Source of the DNA: a phage
Reading direction: 5' to 3' (one strand)
Sequence record: PZ019085.1
Length of the DNA stretch: 64,000 bases
Shown here: positions 58,466 through 64,000 of the stretch, piece after piece
Layout of the letters: every line of letters starts with the position of its first letter
How positions within the stretch are numbered: the first letter of the stretch is position 1
Made by a program: the position numbers and the translations under genes
The notes under the pieces: model-generated
Database searches by the model: none
Seen by the model: the letters and a program-made list of their open reading frames with translations, nothing else
Told to the model about the DNA's origin: nothing

Positions 58466-58789
58466 ATGACTACCGAGATTATTGAAAATAAAGAAGCAGA
58501 AGATGCAGTAGCTAAAATGCTACAAGAAATCCAAAAGAAAAATGAAGCTGAAGCACGTAAAAAATCCGAAAAGATTCTTAAAAAGAATCGTTTTGAACTA
58601 AACCGTCTTTATGCCCACGCTCAAGAAGCAGCAATTCAAAACAACTTCGAAGCTTACGAATATGCTATTAAGAAATCTCGGGATATTCTACGACAACCAT
58701 ATAATGACAAGTTAATTAAAATCCAGTGGGTTACTACTCGTCAGGCTATTGAGGACATTATTAATGGCACTAGTTCAAACAAAGTTTAA
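58466..58789 (+). CDS. hypothetical protein
   Basis: 107-aa ORF; Lys/Glu-rich helical. Confidence 0.55.
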   Translation: MTTEIIENKEAEDAVAKMLQEIQKKNEAEARKKSEKILKKNRFELNRLYAHAQEAAIQNNFEAYEYAIKKSRDILRQPYNDKLIKIQWVTTRQAIEDIINGTSSNKV

Positions 58790-58970
58790 ACGTCTGAAGC
58801 TGAACGCGGGGTTCACCATTAAATTGGGAGGTCCTCTTTGTGTTAAAATTTCTGAAAAGGAATATCACGACGGTTCTATTACAGAAATTTGTCCGCCTAT
58901 TGTAAAGGCAGACCCAAAACAACTCGTGTGGGTCGATTCATTTCAAGTTAAGAAATGGTGGAAACGATGA
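58764..58970 (+). CDS. hypothetical protein
   Basis: 68 aa from ATG 58764. Confidence 0.45.
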   Translation: MALVQTKFKRLKLNAGFTIKLGGPLCVKISEKEYHDGSITEICPPIVKADPKQLVWVDSFQVKKWWKR

Positions 58971-59009
58971 GAGAAATTGATTTAGGCATTTTCTGAGAGG
59001 TGCTTATGC

Positions 59010-59183
59010 ATGACGAACATCCCGATTTCTGAAAATTTCGATAAAATCCGTAAAGGCAAAGCAGAAAGAATGAGACGTTTTAAAGAGTCTTATGATAAAG
59101 CTAAAGCCGAAGGAACTATTACATACAAGCCCATTCGATTTAAAAGTTCAAATGAGCCTCTGTACGGTGTACTATGTGGATAG
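59010..59183 (+). CDS. 57-aa basic small protein
   Basis: MTNIPISENFDKIRKGKAERMRRFKESYDKAKAEGTITYKPIRFKSSNEPLYGVLCG; SD GAGAGG; terminator immediately downstream. Confidence 0.4.
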   Translation: MTNIPISENFDKIRKGKAERMRRFKESYDKAKAEGTITYKPIRFKSSNEPLYGVLCG

Positions 59184-59207
59184 GAACTCTTCGGAGTTCC
59201 TTTTTTT
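59183..59207 (+). terminator. rho-independent terminator
   Basis: GGAACTC-TTCG-GAGTTCC hairpin followed by TTTTTTT. Confidence 0.7.
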
Positions 59208-59230
59208 GCTTTATAAACGGATGATAGAAT
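59207..59230 (+). promoter_or_regulatory. middle-type promoter (MotA box + -10) for 47/46
   Basis: TGCTTTA then 11 nt then TAGAAT, 24 nt upstream of the gene 47 ATG. Confidence 0.45.
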
Positions 59231-59253
59231 GAATTAACTAATGAGGAAATAAT

Positions 59254-60273
59254 ATGAAAATTTTAAATTTAGGTGATTGGCATTTAGGTGTTAAAGCCGA
59301 TGATGAGTGGGTTCAATCCATTCAGTTGGATGGAATTAAGCAGGCGATAGAATATTCTAAGAAAAATGGAATTACTACATGGATTCAATACGGCGATATT
59401 TTTGATGTGCGAAAAGCAATCACGCATAAAACTATGGAGTTCGCACGTGAAATAGTTCAAATGCTTGATGATGCTGGTATTACCCTACATACTGTTGTAG
59501 GAAACCATGATATGCACTTTAAAAATACTTTAACTCCAAACGCTTCTACTGAGCTTTTAGCTAAATATCCTAATGTTAAAGTATATGATAAGCCTACTAC
59601 AGTAGATTTTGACGGATGTTTGATTGATTTAATTCCTTGGATGTGCGAAGAAAATACTGGTGAAATCTTAGAGCACATCAAGACTTCTTCTGCTGCGTAT
59701 TGTGTTGGGCACTGGGAACTGAATGGCTTTTATTTCTATAAAGGAATGAAGTCTCATGGGCTTGAACCTGATTTCTTAAAGACCTATAAACAAGTCTGGT
59801 CTGGCCACTTCCACACAATCTCTGAAGCTGCTAACGTCAAATATATTGGGACACCATGGACCCTTACTGCAGGCGATGAGAACGACCCACGCGGATTCTG
59901 GGTATTTGACACTGATGTTGAACGTATGGAATTTATTCCTAATGAAACAACATGGCATCGACGAATCACTTATCCGTTTAAAGGCAAAATCAATTATTCT
60001 GATTATACTAATCTAGCCGTACGTGTTATAGTATCAGAAATTGATTCAGAGTTGACTAAGTTTGAATCTGAACTTGAAAAAGTAGTTCACTCTCTTCGTA
60101 TGGTTTCTAAAGTTGATAACAGTGTTGAATCTGATGACGACCAGGAAATCGAGATTAAATCACTTCAAGATATCATTAAAGAATATATTGACGCGATTCC
60201 AGATATCTCAGACGAAGACAGAGAAGCGCTGGTCAAATATTCCAACGAACTTTATATTGAGGCAACACAATGA
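59254..60273 (+). CDS. 47: recombination endonuclease subunit (Mre11-like, T4 gp47)
   Basis: 339 aa MKILNLGDWHLG...; phosphoesterase motifs (GDxHxG, GNHD); length equals T4 gp47. Confidence 0.95.
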   Translation: MKILNLGDWHLGVKADDEWVQSIQLDGIKQAIEYSKKNGITTWIQYGDIFDVRKAITHKTMEFAREIVQMLDDAGITLHTVVGNHDMHFKNTLTPNASTELLAKYPNVKVYDKPTTVDFDGCLIDLIPWMCEENTGEILEHIKTSSAAYCVGHWELNGFYFYKGMKSHGLEPDFLKTYKQVWSGHFHTISEAANVKYIGTPWTLTAGDENDPRGFWVFDTDVERMEFIPNETTWHRRITYPFKGKINYSDYTNLAVRVIVSEIDSELTKFESELEKVVHSLRMVSKVDNSVESDDDQEIEIKSLQDIIKEYIDAIPDISDEDREALVKYSNELYIEATQ

Positions 60274-60527
60274 CTTTAGATGAATTTAACAATGCTGGAC
60301 TCAGGCTTGAAGTTGAAATGGACGTTAAAGATGATGATGGATTCGAGAACACTATCAAGTATTGGATTGAGCCATTACGCGTTGAAGGCAATGAAGTTAA
60401 AGCAGTTCATGTCTGCACCGACTGGGCCATTGAATTTAGCTTTAATATAATGGACAACGATACTCCTGGCTCTATTCTTAAAATGGCCGAAGCGTGTATT
60501 GAGGATGCGTATAATGACGAAGACTGA
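60270..60527 (+). CDS. hypothetical acidic protein
   Basis: 85-aa ORF between 47 and 46. Confidence 0.55.
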   Translation: MTLDEFNNAGLRLEVEMDVKDDDGFENTIKYWIEPLRVEGNEVKAVHVCTDWAIEFSFNIMDNDTPGSILKMAEACIEDAYNDED

Positions 60528-60753
60528 CTATGAAATCCATCGTCATGAATTTAGTATTGGTGACGGTTATATTGGTATCGTTGAATGGACCGAGAATTAC
60601 GAGGAATCAACTCCTCGTTTCTTTGGAACAATGTATGTTACCTGTGAGTACGCACCAGGTGTTGTTATGTATGCAGAACTAGATGAATATTTTGCTGATA
60701 GAGATGACATGTTAAAATATGTAGAGGACTTCATTCGAAGAGAATACATATGA
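60514..60753 (+). CDS. hypothetical protein
   Basis: 79 aa from ATG 60514 (SD GAGG); alternative starts 60499 (TTG) or 60505. Confidence 0.5.
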   Translation: MTKTDYEIHRHEFSIGDGYIGIVEWTENYEESTPRFFGTMYVTCEYAPGVVMYAELDEYFADRDDMLKYVEDFIRREYI

Positions 60754-62438
60754 AATCATTTAAATTAAATCGTGTTCGTTATCAAAATATCATGTCGGTA
60801 GGCGGGAATCCTATTGATATCCAATTAGATAAAGTCCAAAAGACATTAATCACTGGTAAAAATGGTGGTGGTAAATCTACGATGTTAGAAGCCATTACTT
60901 TCGGACTTTTCGGTAAACCATTTCGTGATGTTAAGAAAGGGCAAATCATTAATAGCACGAACAAGAAAGAGCTCTTAGTTGAGCTTTGGATGGAATTCGA
61001 TGGTAAAAAATACTTCATTAAACGCGGCCAAAAACCCAATATTTTCGAAATCTCCGTTGACGGTGTTCGTCTTGATGAATCTGCCAGCAGTCGTGACTTC
61101 CAAGAAGAATTTGAACGTAGCATCGGAATGTCATACGCGTCTTTTAAACAAATCGTTGTGCTTGGGACGGCAGGGTATACCCCTTTCATGGCTCTTAGCA
61201 CCCCTGCTCGTAGAAAACTTGTCGAAGACCTTTTAGAAGTCGGCACACTCGCTGAAATGGATAAAATCAATAAGTCTCAAGTTCGAGAACTTAATTCCCA
61301 GGGACAAGTTCTCGATGCCAAGAAAGACGGTGTTATCCAACAAATTAAGATTTATAACGAGAATATCGAACGTCAAAAGAAATTATCAGGTGATAATGTA
61401 GCGCGTCTACAGAATATGTATGACGACCTAGCCAAAGAAGCTCGTTCATTAAAAGCAGAAATTGAAGAAGCTAACGAGCGACTACTTAATATAGTTCTTG
61501 ACGAAGACCCTACTGAGGCGTTCAACAAGATCGGACAAGAAGCATTCTTGATTAAATCTAAAATCGACTCATATAACAAAGTTATTAAGATGTATCATGA
61601 TGGTGGTACATGTCCTACTTGTGCATCACAGTTGCACCAGGGTGATCCTATTGTCTCTAAGATTACCGATAAGCTTCATGAATGTAATCACTCATTCGAG
61701 CAACTTACATGTCACAGAGATAATCTGAGTGTCCTAGTGGACGAATATAGAGCTAATGTTAAGACTAAACAGGACCTTGCATCTGATATTCGTACCAAGA
61801 AACAAGCATTGATTGCCACTATTGATAAAGCTAAGAAAGTTAAAGCTGCAATAGAACAAGCCTCGGCGGAATTTATCGACCATGCCGATGAGATAGCTTT
61901 GCTTCAAAAAGAACTTGATAAAATCATTAAAACAAAATCGGATATCGTTCTTGAAAAATACCATCGTGGTATTATCACAGATATGCTAAAAGATTCTGGT
62001 ATTAAAGGTGCTATCATTAAAAAATATGTGCCTCTGTTCAACAAGCAGATTAACCATTATCTTAAAATCATGGAAGCTGATTACGTGTTTTCTATTGATG
62101 AAGAATTCAATGAATCTATAAAATCACGTGGTCGTGAAGATTTTAGTTATGCTTCATTTAGTCAAGGTGAAAAGGCACGTATCGATATCGCATTGTTGTT
62201 TACATGGCGAGATATTGCAGAAAAGGTCTCTGGTGTTAAAATCAATACATTAATTATGGACGAAGTCATGGATTCCGCGACTGATTCTGAAGGTATTAAA
62301 GCTATTTCAACAATTCTTAACTCTCTAACCGATGCAAACGTGTTTATAATTAGTCACAGAGACCATGACCCACAAGCTTATGGACAACATCTTCAAATGA
62401 GCAAAGTTGGACGATTTACGGTAATGACTGTTTCATAA
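60750..62438 (+). CDS. 46: recombination endonuclease subunit (Rad50/SbcC-like, T4 gp46)
   Basis: 562 aa; Walker A GKNGGGKST, zinc hook CPTC, signature SQGEKARIDIA, Walker B LIMDE. Confidence 0.95.
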   Translation: MKSFKLNRVRYQNIMSVGGNPIDIQLDKVQKTLITGKNGGGKSTMLEAITFGLFGKPFRDVKKGQIINSTNKKELLVELWMEFDGKKYFIKRGQKPNIFEISVDGVRLDESASSRDFQEEFERSIGMSYASFKQIVVLGTAGYTPFMALSTPARRKLVEDLLEVGTLAEMDKINKSQVRELNSQGQVLDAKKDGVIQQIKIYNENIERQKKLSGDNVARLQNMYDDLAKEARSLKAEIEEANERLLNIVLDEDPTEAFNKIGQEAFLIKSKIDSYNKVIKMYHDGGTCPTCASQLHQGDPIVSKITDKLHECNHSFEQLTCHRDNLSVLVDEYRANVKTKQDLASDIRTKKQALIATIDKAKKVKAAIEQASAEFIDHADEIALLQKELDKIIKTKSDIVLEKYHRGIITDMLKDSGIKGAIIKKYVPLFNKQINHYLKIMEADYVFSIDEEFNESIKSRGREDFSYASFSQGEKARIDIALLFTWRDIAEKVSGVKINTLIMDEVMDSATDSEGIKAISTILNSLTDANVFIISHRDHDPQAYGQHLQMSKVGRFTVMTVS

Positions 62439-62440
62439 AC

Positions 62441-62464
62441 GCTTTAACACGATGTGGTTATAAT
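62441..62464 (+). promoter_or_regulatory. middle-type promoter (MotA-box-like + TATAAT)
   Basis: CGCTTTA then 12 nt then TATAAT; -10 sits inside palindrome ATGTGGTTATAATGACCACAT. Confidence 0.5.
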
Positions 62465-62492
62465 GACCACATCAAATTAAATGGAGAACAAC

Positions 62493-62681
62493 ATGGAGTA
62501 TTCAACTGGTCAACATCTTCTCGTTGTCCCTGAAATTAAAAAATATGTTTTGACCAATACGTTTTCAGGTGAAGAACATATTGTTACTGAACAAATGCTC
62601 AAATCTGCTTTTAAAGATGAGTATAATAAAATAATGTCTAATCGCAATTCCGCATGGACAGTTACCGACTTCTACGAATAA
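62493..62681 (+). CDS. hypothetical protein (T4 45.2 position)
   Basis: 62 aa from ATG 62493 (SD GGAGAA). Confidence 0.55.
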   Translation: MEYSTGQHLLVVPEIKKYVLTNTFSGEEHIVTEQMLKSAFKDEYNKIMSNRNSAWTVTDFYE

Positions 62682-62693
62682 GAGAGAAATAAT

Positions 62694-63110
62694 ATGTTTA
62701 CTACTGCTAAAGGTTTCACTGCTGCTGATCTGAAAGTTACTTCTATCCGTACTGACGCTAACCCACATAACCATAATCGTGTTCGTAAAGCATGGGTCCT
62801 GCATTGTGATGACGCAAGTGCTAAAAAACTCCAATCTTTGCCACAAGAAACTCGTTTTATGATTTATGGTTTTATTGATAATGATGTATCTGATATGTGG
62901 ATTCATCTGATGCGTAAGCACTATAAAGATTCTATTGAAGCCGGCGGAAAAATCGTTCTTGATAAAGATGGTTCTGAGCGTCTGGAAGATCTCTACTGTG
63001 TCGATGCCGACGAACAACTAATTGCAGCTGGCGAAATTGTTGCTTCTAAAATTCCAGAATATATTGAATCACTGCCTGAAGCTATTAAAAAGCAGATGGT
63101 TGCTGCATAA
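62694..63110 (+). CDS. rpbA: RNA polymerase-binding protein RpbA-like
   Basis: 138-aa ORF in the rpbA position between 46 and 45; assignment mainly positional. Confidence 0.65.
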   Translation: MFTTAKGFTAADLKVTSIRTDANPHNHNRVRKAWVLHCDDASAKKLQSLPQETRFMIYGFIDNDVSDMWIHLMRKHYKDSIEAGGKIVLDKDGSERLEDLYCVDADEQLIAAGEIVASKIPEYIESLPEAIKKQMVAA

Positions 63111-63152
63111 TAAATTTGTTATAAACTTTGAATTGTCTTGAAAGGAAATAAA

Positions 63153-63839
63153 ATGAAACTGTCTAAAGATACTATCGCTATTCTGAAAAACTTTGCCTCT
63201 ATTAACTCCGGCATTCTGCTGAGTCAAGGTAAATTTATTATGACTCGTGCTGTTAATGGCACCACTTATGCGGAAGCAAATATCTCTGATGAAATTGATT
63301 TTGACGTAGCACTTTATGATTTGAATAGCTTCTTAAGCATTTTGAGTCTAGTGTCTGATGATGCTGAAATTTCAATGCACACTGATGGCAATATTAAAAT
63401 TGCAGATACACGTTCCACAGTTTATTGGCCTGCCGCTGACAAGAGCACCATTGTTTTTCCTAATAAACCAATTCAATTCCCAGTGGCTTCTGTGATTACT
63501 GAAATTAAAGCTGAAGACCTTCAACAATTGCTTCGAGTTTCACGTGGTCTTCAGATTGATACAATTGCTATTACAAATAAAGATGGTAAAATTGTTATCA
63601 ATGGCTATAATAAAGTTGAAGATTCTGGACTAACTCGTCCTAAGTATTCTTTGACTCTTACCGATTATGATGGTTCTAACAACTTTAACTTCGTAATCAA
63701 TATGGCTAATATGAAAATCCAGCCAGGTAACTATAAAGTAATGTTGTGGGGAGCTGGTGATAAAGTTGCAGCCAAGTTTGAAAGCTCTCAAGTAAGTTAT
63801 GTTATTGCGATGGAAGCCGATTCTACTCACGACTTCTAA
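63153..63839 (+). CDS. 45: sliding clamp gp45
   Basis: 228 aa from MKLSKDTIAILKNFASINSGILL...; near-collinear with T4 gp45 as recalled. Confidence 0.95.
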   Translation: MKLSKDTIAILKNFASINSGILLSQGKFIMTRAVNGTTYAEANISDEIDFDVALYDLNSFLSILSLVSDDAEISMHTDGNIKIADTRSTVYWPAADKSTIVFPNKPIQFPVASVITEIKAEDLQQLLRVSRGLQIDTIAITNKDGKIVINGYNKVEDSGLTRPKYSLTLTDYDGSNNFNFVINMANMKIQPGNYKVMLWGAGDKVAAKFESSQVSYVIAMEADSTHDF

Positions 63840-63914
63840 GTCAAAGCTTTACGTTTATTGTGATACGATTATGGAGGAGAAATCCTCCAGTTTAATGATA
63901 ATGAGGAAAATTAC

Positions 63915-64000
63915 ATGATTACTATCAATTCCAAAGAACACATTCTAGAACAGAAATATCGTCCTTCTTCCATTGACGAATGTATTCTGCCTGCGTATGA
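63915..64000 (+). CDS. 44: clamp loader subunit gp44 (5' fragment, runs off the window)
   Basis: MITINSKEHILEQKYRPSSIDECILPAYD matches the T4 gp44 N-terminus; truncated by window end. Confidence 0.9.
   Translation, partial: MITINSKEHILEQKYRPSSIDECILPAY

Overview
This window is a T4-like (Tevenvirinae-type) myovirus genome segment, identified by protein sequence recall and T4 gene order; no database search was run. From 1 to 18.7 kb the minus strand carries the late structural operon in T4 order: 16, 15, 14, 13, wac, 12, 11, 10, 9, 8, 7, 6, 5.4, 5.1, 5, 53. From 18.8 to 22.2 kb the plus strand carries 4, 2, 3, 1 (dNMP kinase), 57A and 57B (Acb1 position). From 22.2 to 64 kb the plus strand is a dense early/middle region. 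Recognisable T4 anchors there are an ipI-like internal protein, two adjacent tRNAs, nudE, e (lysozyme), denV, a GrcA-like glycyl-radical cofactor, regB, tk, rI, nrdC, 49, nrdD, nrdG, 55, 47, 46, rpbA, 45 and the start of 44. Between these anchors lie runs of small, mostly unrecognisable ORFs, each run headed by a repeated promoter-in-hairpin cassette. The most promising candidates for an undescribed system are: an expanded family of six capsid-targeting-sequence proteins, a TARG1/DarG-like macrodomain protein, two Pol-beta-type nucleotidyltransferase-like proteins (one in a membrane/secreted/ATPase cluster), a tandem triplet of small paralogs, a four-member membrane-protein family, and three consecutive ~320-aa coiled-coil proteins between rI and nrdC. 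A host-derived (E. coli-like) segment inside the GrcA-like gene points to an enterobacterial host. No CRISPR array, integrase, transposase, intron or homing endonuclease was recognised. All coordinates are from manual indexing; minor start-codon uncertainty remains for several genes.
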